This document shows positions 17,252 to 26,471 of a DNA stretch of 48,206 nt, one piece after another. The position numbers were made by a program, and so were the translations under genes. The DNA is from Oscillospiraceae bacterium (lineage in GTDB: Bacteria > Bacillota > Clostridia > Oscillospirales > CAG-272). Location: assembly GCA_015063495.1 (NCBI GenBank), contig SVUB01000002.1:1-48206 (forward strand), read 5' to 3'. Position 1 is the stretch's first letter. The number at the start of each line of letters is the position of its first letter. The notes under the pieces were generated by a model. That model worked only from the letters and a program-made list of their open reading frames with translations. It had not been told where the DNA came from and did no database searches.

Positions 17252-20200
17252 TTATTTTTGTCTTTTTTCATAGAAGGCGACCATGAGAACGCCTATTATA
17301 ATTATAACAAGGACAGATGCGATAAGCTCGTATTTGGTAGACGAGAGTATATCGCCATCGCTCATAAGAGTTGTATTTCTCGCTTTTGCTCTTGCATTAA
17401 GTACCGCCCGCTCAAGTGCATCGTCTCCATATCTATCGCTGTGAGCGGTAACCTTTTTCAGGTATAGCTTGAAATCTCTGCCGTCGATGAGGTCGTCCTG
17501 TGACAGATTTTTACGCACACATATCCGTATATAATCTATCTTTTTCATGTCGGACACTACGCCGACGTCAATTATCATTTTTATATCTCCGCCGCCGCGA
17601 ACAACCTTTTTAGCTTCAAGACGATGGTTTTCACCGCCCATTATTATTACTATTTCATATAGTGAATCGTCATTGCCGTCTTTGAGCTCGAGGTCAAAGA
17701 CGATATACGGTATAGAGGAGATATCCTCGGTATATTCATATTTGTATACTATGTCCGAGTAAGCGTTAACATTGTCGTTTCCCGATATTTCTGCGCACAG
17801 CGCCTTCCCATCCTTTGCGGTTGCGTCAAGAGAGAGTGAACGGCAGTTGTTGCCCTCAAACCAGCCGAGCGTTCCGAATGCATCTGAGAAATCCCAGAGC
17901 GGATAACTCCCTTTTACCGTTTCGGGCAGGGTATCAAGGGGATCGGTCTCGCTGAAAACTCTGTATTTTATAAGCTCGCTGTCATATCCGTCTATCAGTT
18001 CTTCAAAGCTCGTCGCACCCAAAAATTCAAGTGCAGAGAGGGAAAGTTCACCGTTTATATTTTTCTCTGTATCAATATATTTCATAAGATAAGAAAGAGA
18101 ATTTGCGGCATTTTTGCCCTCTTCACCGTCGGGCAGTGAAAGAACGAAAGCACTTGCCATTTCCGAGAACATTATGCTGTAGTAATTATATATGTAAGCG
18201 ACATTCAGACTCTCGGCGTCAAGTGATGTCGGGGAATAGCAGTAGATATATGATTTCGGTGCATTTTCAAAGGTGCGCGAGAGGTAATCGAGTACTCTCT
18301 CAAATGTGTATATGTTATCTGTACAGTAATAATCACTATCCTCAGATGCGCTTTGCTTTTTACCGTTCTCTGAATAGGGGGCGTGTGTGCTCTCAAGCAT
18401 AAGAGAGTAGTCAAGTCCACCTGTTTCGTCAAAATAAAGGCATATAGAGGATAGGAGCTGCTCTGTATCAAACGAATCCGTCGCTTCTTTTTTGTCGGAT
18501 ACAGGCAGGATTATTTCAATTCCCGGTATTGATGTAGCGGCAGTTCTTGCCATAAGGTCAAGAGACATCGAAACGGTATGTGCATAGTCAGATATGCTCA
18601 CGTCCCTTGAATAATTCCGAGTTTCCATTATATCAACGGTTTTTCCGAGTATAAGACCGGATATCCTGCCGTTCTTTTGTGTAGAATAGCGTCCTGAGAT
18701 AAAGTCTACGGTTGCAAAAAAGTGCTCCTCTGCTTTTTTATTTGCTATGTTTACAGCGAGAAATTCAGTTTTTTCATTTTTTCCAAATGAGGTCGCATAA
18801 GGAATGAGGGAAGTATCAGCATCTGCGGATATAAGCAGGCGCAGGTATACCTTACATCCCGATGCATAAAGATTTTTTATCTTATTATCAAGTGTGCGGA
18901 CGTAGTCGGCATCGAAATAGATGAACGTATTTTCGACAGTATGAAGGTGACCTGCGTGAGTGCTGCTGGTAAGTCTGTCGAGATAAACGTCAATTATTGC
19001 CGAGCCTGCTCCACAGTCAATTGCGCTTGATATGTTTTCATACTGAAGTCCCTTAATATTTGTTCTGCCTGAGGCAGTCTCTGCCGTACCGAATTTTGCT
19101 TCGATACTTGCGGGAGGAGCAATAAGGGTATACTCACCGCTCTGAGAGAGTGCAACTACAGCATATTTTGAAACGAGCGCAAGTTCCCCCAGCTGAGCTA
19201 CTTTTACTTCAAAGCTAAAGCGTGATGACATCTTTGCCGTATCCACGGGCTTGTCCCCTCTTTTTATAGCGGCATCAAGAGTTTCTCCCGTGCGTAGCTT
19301 ATAGCAGGCAAGGGAATAGTCAGAGTGTGAAATAAGATAATTGTGAAGAATACTTCCTTTTATTGTCAGAGTTTTTCCCGTAGTATCAACCTTGCAGGAA
19401 GATATTTCACCTTTCGGTTCGTCCGAAAAACCGTCGTAAACAGATATCGGCTCTATCGAATGGATGGTTACCGAGCCACCCGTGGCGCTGTCAAGCACGA
19501 GGGAAAAGCTTGATATCAGAGAAACGTCATCTGTCTTAATGAGATAAGAAAAACGGTTTGCCCCCACCTCAAGAGGAACGTTTTCCTGAGCGGTGACGTA
19601 CTTTCCGCTCTCTACGTCAAGATGTGTGTAAACAAACTGCATATTGCGAAGAGAGGAATTATTTGAGAGGACTATTTTTACAGCGTTTGATAACTCACCT
19701 GAAAAGGGAACTGCTGCTCTTCCGCTGATACTGACTCTCTGAGAGCCAAGGTATATGCGCAAAGCCTCTGATGCCGTTCCTTTGCTGAGAATTTCGAGCT
19801 CAGAGCCCGAGGCATAGAGCCCGTATGACATAAATTTAGGCATCGTAGGCTTTTCATAGCGGGGAACGTAAGGCCCCGAGAAATCTATTTCGGAAAGGGG
19901 AATATCCTCGTTTTCACCAACTATCTCTATTTTTATTCCGGTTATGTCGTGTCTTGCCTTCCAGGCGCCAACGTCAAAGGATATAACGTTCCATACTCCG
20001 CTCGTTATACTGCCCTTGCATATAAGACTGTGATTATATGAGCTTAAGGTAAGAATAAAAGAGCAGTTCTGGCGCAGTGCAGGGTCCTCTCCGCAAAGCG
20101 CCTTGACAGCAAATGAGAGCTGTCTGTAATCGTATGCATTTATGCGCTCGGTGGGTGAGGAGATCAGAGAAGCAGCGTTTGTATCCGAAGAAAAGGACAG

Positions 20201-20443
20201 CAGATAGCTCGGAAGAGCATTCATCGAGCTTTTTGTGGGTGAGAGACCTTCTCCTGTTTTCCAGTTAAAAACAGAGGTGCTTTTCAGTATTGACATATCC
20301 AATTTTGAAAGCTCGTTGTATTCTTTTGTTTCATATATATTTGCATTCGCAGTGCTTGCGTCACTTGCGTGAGCGGTAAGGCACAGACAAGCAAAAAACA
20401 TAATCAAAAGAACTGCAAGCAGCGGTTTTCTTATCCTTGTCAC
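17252..20443 (-). CDS. 1063-aa secreted protein with a C-terminal TM anchor, function unknown (possible TIM-barrel glycosidase-like core between beta-sandwich domains)
   Basis: Signal peptide (LLAVLLIMFFACLCLTAHA/SDAS) and a C-terminal TM (LIASVLVIIIIGVLMVAFY) followed by EKRQK. GTG start behind GGAGGTG. The fold suggestion is my impression only. Confidence 0.5.
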   Translation of the reverse strand: MTRIRKPLLAVLLIMFFACLCLTAHASDASTANANIYETKEYNELSKLDMSILKSTSVFNWKTGEGLSPTKSSMNALPSYLLSFSSDTNAASLISSPTERINAYDYRQLSFAVKALCGEDPALRQNCSFILTLSSYNHSLICKGSITSGVWNVISFDVGAWKARHDITGIKIEIVGENEDIPLSEIDFSGPYVPRYEKPTMPKFMSYGLYASGSELEILSKGTASEALRIYLGSQRVSISGRAAVPFSGELSNAVKIVLSNNSSLRNMQFVYTHLDVESGKYVTAQENVPLEVGANRFSYLIKTDDVSLISSFSLVLDSATGGSVTIHSIEPISVYDGFSDEPKGEISSCKVDTTGKTLTIKGSILHNYLISHSDYSLACYKLRTGETLDAAIKRGDKPVDTAKMSSRFSFEVKVAQLGELALVSKYAVVALSQSGEYTLIAPPASIEAKFGTAETASGRTNIKGLQYENISSAIDCGAGSAIIDVYLDRLTSSTHAGHLHTVENTFIYFDADYVRTLDNKIKNLYASGCKVYLRLLISADADTSLIPYATSFGKNEKTEFLAVNIANKKAEEHFFATVDFISGRYSTQKNGRISGLILGKTVDIMETRNYSRDVSISDYAHTVSMSLDLMARTAATSIPGIEIILPVSDKKEATDSFDTEQLLSSICLYFDETGGLDYSLMLESTHAPYSENGKKQSASEDSDYYCTDNIYTFERVLDYLSRTFENAPKSYIYCYSPTSLDAESLNVAYIYNYYSIMFSEMASAFVLSLPDGEEGKNAANSLSYLMKYIDTEKNINGELSLSALEFLGATSFEELIDGYDSELIKYRVFSETDPLDTLPETVKGSYPLWDFSDAFGTLGWFEGNNCRSLSLDATAKDGKALCAEISGNDNVNAYSDIVYKYEYTEDISSIPYIVFDLELKDGNDDSLYEIVIIMGGENHRLEAKKVVRGGGDIKMIIDVGVVSDMKKIDYIRICVRKNLSQDDLIDGRDFKLYLKKVTAHSDRYGDDALERAVLNARAKARNTTLMSDGDILSSTKYELIASVLVIIIIGVLMVAFYEKRQK

Positions 20444-20469
20444 GTTAACACCTCCTTTTTGATACTACC

Positions 20470-20498
20470 ATTATAACACAATAATATACTATTTACAA
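20470..20498 (-). promoter_or_regulatory. Sigma-A-type promoter of the 1063-aa protein gene
   Basis: Minus strand reads TTGTAA-17 nt-TATAAT with a TGt extension. The -35 overlaps the amidase stop codon. Confidence 0.45.
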
Positions 20499-21308
20499 CC
20501 CGTTATTTTTCGAATAATCCTTTATAGCCTCAAAAAGCACGGTGGCAAGCTTCTGTCTGTAATTTTCATCCGAAAGCATTCTGCATTCCTCCTCGTTTGA
20601 AAGAAATCCGCACTCTATAAGGACGGCAGGGTATTCTGCGCGGTCAAGAAGGTAGATCGAGGAGTCTGCTGCCTTTGTTTTTCTGTTGTTTTCATTTTGA
20701 AGAGTGCTTTTAACTCTTTCCTGAATAATATCTGCAAGAATTCTGCTGCCGTTATCATTCTTTGAATACCAGACCTGAAGACCGCTGTATTTACTGCTCG
20801 GAAAGGCATTCATATGTATGCTTATAAAGATTGGATCAGCGACACTTTTTGCCTTTTCAAGACGGGCACGAAGGTCAAGTGATTTCTTACGGCCCTTATA
20901 ATCGGCATTTCTGTCATAAAGGAGTATATCCTCGGTCCTGGTCATAATGACGTTAAAGCCCGCATTTTTCAGCATATCGCAGAGCTTGAAGGAAATATCA
21001 AGGTTAAGGTCCTTTTCCTTTGCTCCGTTTATGCCAACTGCACCACCGTCCTCGCCCCCGTGTCCTGCATCGATTATAACGGTTGGGTAAGAGGGGGGAA
21101 CTTCTCCCCTTATGACAATACCGCTTGGGAATGCCTTTTTATCGATAGATTCAAAAGCAGATACCGATACAAACACAAGCAGAGCCGTCGCAAGAGCCAA
21201 TAAAACGCAGAAAAGGGCAAAACCGACAGCAAATAAAGCGGCTCCATTGCCCGAAGTGTTACTTTGTTTTTCTACAACCATATTTTCCTCCGTGAAAGTG
21301 ATGTTCAA
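20493..21308 (-). CDS. cwlD: N-acetylmuramoyl-L-alanine amidase, Amidase_3 family (CwlD-like)
   Basis: N-terminal TM, then IDAGHGGEDGGAVG, DLNLDIS, FISIHMNAF and LIECGFLSN, which are the Amidase_3 zinc and catalytic signatures. Size and architecture match CwlD. Confidence 0.75.
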   Translation of the reverse strand: MNITFTEENMVVEKQSNTSGNGAALFAVGFALFCVLLALATALLVFVSVSAFESIDKKAFPSGIVIRGEVPPSYPTVIIDAGHGGEDGGAVGINGAKEKDLNLDISFKLCDMLKNAGFNVIMTRTEDILLYDRNADYKGRKKSLDLRARLEKAKSVADPIFISIHMNAFPSSKYSGLQVWYSKNDNGSRILADIIQERVKSTLQNENNRKTKAADSSIYLLDRAEYPAVLIECGFLSNEEECRMLSDENYRQKLATVLFEAIKDYSKNNGL

Positions 21309-21335
21309 TTTTACGCAGGAAAGAGGTTTTTAATG

Positions 21336-21376
21336 CAAAAAACAAGGGGGCGCTGTGCGCCCCCCTTGTTTTTTGT
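21336..21376. terminator. Rho-independent terminator
   Basis: AACAAGGGGGCGC, loop TGT, GCGCCCCCCTTGTT, followed by a T-run. Confidence 0.8.
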
Positions 21377-21382
21377 GATTTA

Positions 21383-23008
21383 TTATTTTGTGTAGATGTC
21401 TATACCTGTTCCCGTGTCCCAAGTACGGTAGGGGCAAACGGGGATATTGCCGACGGTCATCATAGTGAATACGCCGTTTACCTCGGAGAAGCCCGAGCTT
21501 CCTGCAAGAGCTATAACGTCACCTGTGGAAACGCTGTCACCGAGAGCGACCTTGATCTCGCCCATATGCATATACCAGGTCTTAAGTCCGAGACCGTGGT
21601 CGATAACTACCATACGTCCGCCATGAGTTGTGATGCCTGCATAAACTACCTTACCGCTGTTCCAAGCAGTGATATTCGAACCTGCGGCAAGTCTCCATTC
21701 AACGCCGGTGCTTCTGTAAACCTCTTTAGTTGAGGAAATAGTTCTGTGGAGACCAAATCCTGCAGCAATAGAAGCCTTGAGAGATACCTCATAATCGGTG
21801 AAATCGCCCTCAAAGAGTCTTGTGCCTTCGCTCTTGGCGCAGATCTCCTCAAACACCTTGTTAAACTCGGAGAGTGCCTGCTCGCTTCTTGTATTTTCTG
21901 CAACCACCTTGCTTATGGTGTGAGTTCTCTTCTTAAAGGTCTTATCCTTTATTGCAAGGTTTATATCCTGCTGTGTTGTGCCATATGAAATAGTGAATAC
22001 GTAGGATTTATGTTCAAGGTTTACGTCTATCGGCACGAATGCAATAACGTGGTCGCCGTCCTTATAGAAGGTGGGAGTATAACCGATAGAGGGCTCGCTT
22101 GAGAAGGTTATCTTTGATGGGTCTGCAATATTGTAGCCTGTTATGGCAACAAAATCTCCGGGCTCTACTGTTGTTGATTCCTCGCCGATGAAGAATTCAG
22201 CTCCGGCAACAAGATTTGTTTTGAAGTTATACGTTGCTTCACCGTAAAATTCTCTTGTGTTGTCTTCATACCAGGATGCGGTAACCATAAAGGTGAGTCC
22301 TTCGCCTTCATCAAGAGTCATTGTTGAAAGATCCTCGGTAGATGCATCGTATATAAGCTCTGAGGAGCTGTTATATACCTTGATAGTATAAAGGTCGGCA
22401 TCGGAGGTAAAGAGAAGATTTATGCTTCCTTCCATCTCGTAGGTAAGGAGCTCGTCTGTTGTTTCAAAACCGCTGAGTGCGCTGTATTTTTCACCGTCAA
22501 GCTTATAGTTCCAGCTTACCTTTGAGGGGATTATTTCATTTTCGGTGGAAGTCTTAAGTATAGGCAGAGACTCGTCAGGGAAGAGTGAGAGGGCATAAGG
22601 GGTTATAAGGAATTTGTTTACGTCCCCGGGGTCAAGCTGATGTATCGAGCCGTCGGGATACTCCGAATAGCTGAGACCGCCCTTTGTGTCAAGATAATAT
22701 TTGTAATCCTCGGCTACGTTGCCACTGTGGAATGTGACCTTATAAAAAGGGGTTCCTACGAGTGGCTCGGGAAGCTCTGCGACCTTTAGGGCATTTTTAT
22801 TCATCGAAACGAAAAAGCTGACAAGGTCTCCGTCCTTTTTTGTCTTTGCAACGGTATAAGTATTACCGTCAAGGTCTGCTATATCTATTTTTTCAACAAA
22901 ATTATTTGAGATAGGTGAATTCTGGGTTGCGATATAGCTTCCTATGGCAATGAATGTCGGGATGAAGATAAGTACTACGCAGAGTACCGATATTATCGTT
23001 TTTTTCAT
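21383..23008 (-). CDS. Membrane-anchored protein with a degenerate (non-catalytic) LytM/M23 domain
   Basis: N-terminal TM and a C-terminal M23 fold (VVIDHGLGLKTWYMHM, GDVIALAGSSG). HxGxD is replaced by STGVE (21698-21712) and HLHFE by FTMMT. Confidence 0.75.
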   Translation of the reverse strand: MKKTIISVLCVVLIFIPTFIAIGSYIATQNSPISNNFVEKIDIADLDGNTYTVAKTKKDGDLVSFFVSMNKNALKVAELPEPLVGTPFYKVTFHSGNVAEDYKYYLDTKGGLSYSEYPDGSIHQLDPGDVNKFLITPYALSLFPDESLPILKTSTENEIIPSKVSWNYKLDGEKYSALSGFETTDELLTYEMEGSINLLFTSDADLYTIKVYNSSSELIYDASTEDLSTMTLDEGEGLTFMVTASWYEDNTREFYGEATYNFKTNLVAGAEFFIGEESTTVEPGDFVAITGYNIADPSKITFSSEPSIGYTPTFYKDGDHVIAFVPIDVNLEHKSYVFTISYGTTQQDINLAIKDKTFKKRTHTISKVVAENTRSEQALSEFNKVFEEICAKSEGTRLFEGDFTDYEVSLKASIAAGFGLHRTISSTKEVYRSTGVEWRLAAGSNITAWNSGKVVYAGITTHGGRMVVIDHGLGLKTWYMHMGEIKVALGDSVSTGDVIALAGSSGFSEVNGVFTMMTVGNIPVCPYRTWDTGTGIDIYTK

Positions 23009-23101
23009 GCTCTTTTCTCCTTGGTTAGAGTTTTGTCATTCTTATTCCATTATATTATACATTATTTTTCTTTTTCGGTCAATAGGGGATAGAAAAAATG
23101 A

Positions 23102-23797
23102 TTAAAAAGCCTTATCACAGGCGATGTCTCGGATTATTTTTGAGGCTATAAGAAGTCCTGCCGCAGCGGGAACAAATGCTGTGCTTCCGGGGACACACTC
23201 ACCTGTCTTTACAGGCTCTTCCTTTGAAAAAACGACTGTCAGATGGTTTATTCCTATCTTACGAAGAGCCACTCTTACCGTCTTTGCAAGGGGACAGTAT
23301 TCTGTTTTCTGGATGTCCGCTATTTCGAGACGGGCAGGGTCAAGCTTATTGCCTGTTCCCATAGAGGAAATTATTTCAACGCCGCTTTCCTTTGCTCTCT
23401 TTATAAGCTCAAGCTTTGATGGGACTGAATCTATCGCATCGGCGATATAATCATAGGAGGTGAGGGGGAAGGAGTCTGCATTTTCCGCACTGTAAAAAAC
23501 GTCGTGCGTTTTTATATCAAGCTCGGGGTTTATGTCGAGCAGTCTTTCTGCCATCACATCTACCTTTTTTCTGCCCACCGTTGAGTGCAGAGCTATTATC
23601 TGGCGGTTGATATTTGATAGAGAAACAACGTCATTATCAAAAATATCTATGTGACCGACGCCGCATCTTGCGAGTGCTTCGCATATATGCCCGCCGACGC
23701 CGCCGACGCCGAAAACGGCAACGTGTGAATTCTTCAGTTTTTCGGTATTATTCTCGCCAAGTACCATAGCAAGTCTTGAAAGCTCTTCTTTAATCAT
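23102..23797 (-). CDS. tcdA: tRNA threonylcarbamoyladenosine dehydratase (ThiF/MoeB-like)
   Basis: VAVFGVGGVGGHICEALARCGVGHIDIFDNDVVSLSNINRQI, 231 aa, with no rhodanese or Cys-rich C-terminus. Confidence 0.8.
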   Translation of the reverse strand: MIKEELSRLAMVLGENNTEKLKNSHVAVFGVGGVGGHICEALARCGVGHIDIFDNDVVSLSNINRQIIALHSTVGRKKVDVMAERLLDINPELDIKTHDVFYSAENADSFPLTSYDYIADAIDSVPSKLELIKRAKESGVEIISSMGTGNKLDPARLEIADIQKTEYCPLAKTVRVALRKIGINHLTVVFSKEEPVKTGECVPGSTAFVPAAAGLLIASKIIRDIACDKAF

Positions 23798-23865
23798 CTT
23801 TATCTCCGAAAAAATATCTTTTCTTAATTATAAGGCATTAAGAGAAATAAATCAAGCGTTTTATA

Positions 23866-23898
23866 TAAAAATGCCGCACCGAAGTGCGGCATTTTTTA
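23866..23898 (-). terminator. Rho-independent terminator of thiT
   Basis: ATGCCGCAC, loop CGAA, GTGCGGCAT, with flanking A and T runs. Confidence 0.8.
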
Positions 23899-24576
23899 GA
23901 GAGGTAAGTCCTTTGCTTTTATTTGCGGAAGTCTCGAAATTATAGCCGCACAAACTGCGGTTATTACTATTTCCGGAATCATATAAAGTCCGTTATAAAT
24001 TACCGAATAGATAAGGGCAAGCAGCTCACCGTCAAACGTGCCGAGAATTTTTGCGCCCATATCGGGATCAAAGCTCTCGGTGAAGAACCACTCTGCATAT
24101 GCGCCGTAGAATATATAGCCCGATATTATATGAGCTATATATCTTGCAGCGGTTGCGATTACAGATCCAAGGACTAGTCCCTTTGTTTTACTCGCACCTT
24201 TTCTGAATACACCGCCGATTCCAAGAACCCCATAAGCAATGATATAATCAATGATGATTATGGCTATTGCAGCAATAATTGTCTGGTCACTGTCGGGAAG
24301 GAAAAAGGCGATTATTACCGAGGATTTGCCCGCCATAAGATCCATAACTATCTGGATGGCGGCATAGGTGAGAGAGGTGAACAATCCCCATTTTACACCG
24401 TATACGTATGACACTATCACAATAGGTAGCATACTTGCGAGTGTAAATCCTCCGCCGTATGGCAGATGGAGAAAGGGGATAAAGGCACATACGAGTGCCA
24501 GGGCAGTTGCCAGTGCCAGCATCACGGCACTGAAGGTGAGGCGGTGAATACCGCCGGCTTTGTTTTCATTTTTCAT
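23896..24576 (-). CDS. thiT: ECF-transporter S component for thiamine (ThiT-like)
   Basis: Six-TM S-component pattern (LPYGGGFTLASMLPI). A TPP riboswitch lies directly upstream. I moved the start to the ATG at 24576 behind GAAAGGAG, because the track ORF start at 24615 lies inside the riboswitch terminator. Confidence 0.8.
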   Translation of the reverse strand: MKNENKAGGIHRLTFSAVMLALATALALVCAFIPFLHLPYGGGFTLASMLPIVIVSYVYGVKWGLFTSLTYAAIQIVMDLMAGKSSVIIAFFLPDSDQTIIAAIAIIIIDYIIAYGVLGIGGVFRKGASKTKGLVLGSVIATAARYIAHIISGYIFYGAYAEWFFTESFDPDMGAKILGTFDGELLALIYSVIYNGLYMIPEIVITAVCAAIISRLPQIKAKDLPL

Positions 24577-24600
24577 ATGAAAACTCCTTTCTTTACATGT

Positions 24601-24745
24601 GAAAAGCAGCCGCACGAATAGACGTGTAGCTGCCTTTTAATGCAAAGATATCAAACAACTTCCTACGCCGGTATTATCCGTATCAGGTTATAAGGGTTCG
24701 GAAAACTCCGTCTCAGCCGAAGGGCACCCCCGCGTGTGACTGCGT
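24601..24745 (-). promoter_or_regulatory. TPP (THI-box) riboswitch with an intrinsic-terminator expression platform
   Basis: Minus strand reads CGCGGGGGUGCCCUUCGGCUGAGACGGAGUUUUCCGAACCCUUAUAACCUGAUACGGAUAAUACCGGCGUAGGAAG. This contains the CUGAGA, ACCUGAU and GGAUAAUACC..GCGUAGGAA cores. It is followed by GCAGCUACACG-loop-CGUGCGGCUGC-UUUU (24601-24634). Confidence 0.9.
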
Positions 24746-24769
24746 CACATATTAAATTTTGACAGTGAC

Positions 24770-24798
24770 ATTATATCACCTTTTATATTTCTTGTCAA
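24770..24798 (-). promoter_or_regulatory. Consensus sigma-A promoter driving the TPP riboswitch and thiT
   Basis: Minus strand reads TTGACA (24793-24798)-17 nt-TATAAT (24770-24775). It is embedded in the last codons and stop of the upstream methyltransferase gene. Confidence 0.6.
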
Positions 24799-25933
24799 TG
24801 CTGTTTTTAAATTTTTCTTCCCGTGGCTTAAAATACTGATAAAGATTACACGGTATCATGCCGTTGTAGAGCTTGCGCTTCTTGTCTGCTCGTCTGCCGT
24901 AAAGGCGCTCAAATTCTTCGCAGGAAGTGAGGACGTATATCTGCCAGGGGTTAAAGTGCGAAAACGTCTTTCCCATAGTTCTGTAAAGCTCGTTTGCCTG
25001 CTGAACGGTCATCAGTCTCTCGCCATAAGGCGGATTGCAGATAATAGTGCCACGTCTATCTGGCTTCTCTATTTTTCTTGCATCTGCCTTGAATATTTTT
25101 ATTGCATCGGCAACGCCTGCACGCTTTGCATTGGCTTTTGCATATTCGAGCACTTCGGCATCAATATCCGAGGCCCAAACCTCAAAGCCACAGTCGTTTT
25201 TTATCTTCGACTTGGCTTCTTCTCTTGCTTTTTGCCAGGAATCATAGGGAAGACAGGAGATTTTCTCCCCGTCAAAGGAGCGGTGAAGCCCCGGTGCGAT
25301 TCCTTTCATTATCATTGCCGCTTCGATGGCGATCGTTCCCGAACCGCAGAAAGGATCCCAGTATAGAACGTCCTCACGAGGTCTTGACGTAAGCACGAGT
25401 GCGGCGGCAAGTGTTTCTCTTAGCGGTGCGGCACCCGAAGCCGGTCTGTATCCTCTTTTGTGAAGCGGTACACCCGAGGTGTCTATCATCATTGTTACCT
25501 TATCCTTGAAAAGGAAGAATTCTATCTGATGTTTTACTCCGGTTTCGGGCAGCATTTCGCTTCCGTAATTTTCACCAAGACGCTTTGCGACTGCTTTTTT
25601 TATAATGCTTTGACAGTCGGGCAGGGAATAAAGCGCACTCCTTATAGAATGCCCTTTTACAGGAAAAGCATCGTCAAAGTCGATATAATCCTCCCACGGC
25701 AACGAATAAGTGCCGTCAAAAAGCTCGGTGAAGCTCATTGCCTCGAAATCTCCGACTTTTATAAAGACGTGCTCTGCACAGCGTAGGTTTATGTTGGCTC
25801 TTGCGGCGTCGTTATGCGTTCCCTCAAAGGTAACTCTGCCGTCTATTGTTTCTATTCTGCGGCATCCGAGCGCATCTATCTCCTCGCCGAGAAGTTTTTC
25901 AAGTCCAAATAGGCATGTGGCAACAAATTGCAT
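24776..25933 (-). CDS. THUMP-domain class I SAM-dependent RNA methyltransferase (RlmL/UPF0020-like)
   Basis: N-terminal THUMP-like region (CLFGLEKLLGEEI), SAM-binding DPFCGSGTIAIEAA, and the catalytic NPPYGERL. Confidence 0.8.
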   Translation of the reverse strand: MQFVATCLFGLEKLLGEEIDALGCRRIETIDGRVTFEGTHNDAARANINLRCAEHVFIKVGDFEAMSFTELFDGTYSLPWEDYIDFDDAFPVKGHSIRSALYSLPDCQSIIKKAVAKRLGENYGSEMLPETGVKHQIEFFLFKDKVTMMIDTSGVPLHKRGYRPASGAAPLRETLAAALVLTSRPREDVLYWDPFCGSGTIAIEAAMIMKGIAPGLHRSFDGEKISCLPYDSWQKAREEAKSKIKNDCGFEVWASDIDAEVLEYAKANAKRAGVADAIKIFKADARKIEKPDRRGTIICNPPYGERLMTVQQANELYRTMGKTFSHFNPWQIYVLTSCEEFERLYGRRADKKRKLYNGMIPCNLYQYFKPREEKFKNSIDKKYKR

Positions 25934-25960
25934 ATATCTTGTCCAAGTCCTTTTTTAATC

Positions 25961-26461
25961 TTAAACCTTATTTTGTTTTTTCTTAAATGATAGCATGATT
26001 GCGTATAGCATAAGTACAAAAAGTGTGCCAAGACACGCACCTAAAAAGTCCTTTGCTATATCAATAAGCTCCGTGGCTCTGTCACTTAACGTTTGCAGAG
26101 CTTCATCGAGAACAGCAAGCACAAGAACGGAGGAGTTGGAAAGAAGAATTCCACACCATAAGGGCTTGAGCCCGATAAGGAGTACAAGAAGCATAAATTC
26201 TGCCCCAAGTGCAGCAAATTCAAGCACATGAGCAAGGGAACGGGTGAACGCTTCCACCTCGTCTACGGTTATTTTATTGCTCTCGACCGCCCCTTTTATC
26301 GGCTCCACCTTTTCGACTATGATATTAGTTACACCTTCACTTGTGTTTGTCGATTCCTCGACGTTTTGAAGTGAGTTGCCGAAAATAAATAAAAGCGTGA
26401 GCAAAATGAGAATAGAATCTATTATTATGGCGACTATCCTCGTTTTTGACATATATGTCAT
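25961..26461 (-). CDS. VanZ-family membrane protein
   Basis: The pattern SLAHVLEFAALGAEF ... LDEALQTLSDRATELIDIAKDFLGACLG matches the VanZ-like signature. An alternative start at 26452 has better RBS spacing. Confidence 0.65.
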   Translation of the reverse strand: MTYMSKTRIVAIIIDSILILLTLLFIFGNSLQNVEESTNTSEGVTNIIVEKVEPIKGAVESNKITVDEVEAFTRSLAHVLEFAALGAEFMLLVLLIGLKPLWCGILLSNSSVLVLAVLDEALQTLSDRATELIDIAKDFLGACLGTLFVLMLYAIMLSFKKKQNKV

Positions 26462-26471
26462 TCCTCCGTTG

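Noticed and set aside
24577-24615. Extension of the thiT ORF (MRLLFTCKERSFH..) to 24615.
   Set aside because: The extension runs through the riboswitch terminator hairpin and its U-tract. The ATG at 24576 has a proper GAAAGGAG RBS.
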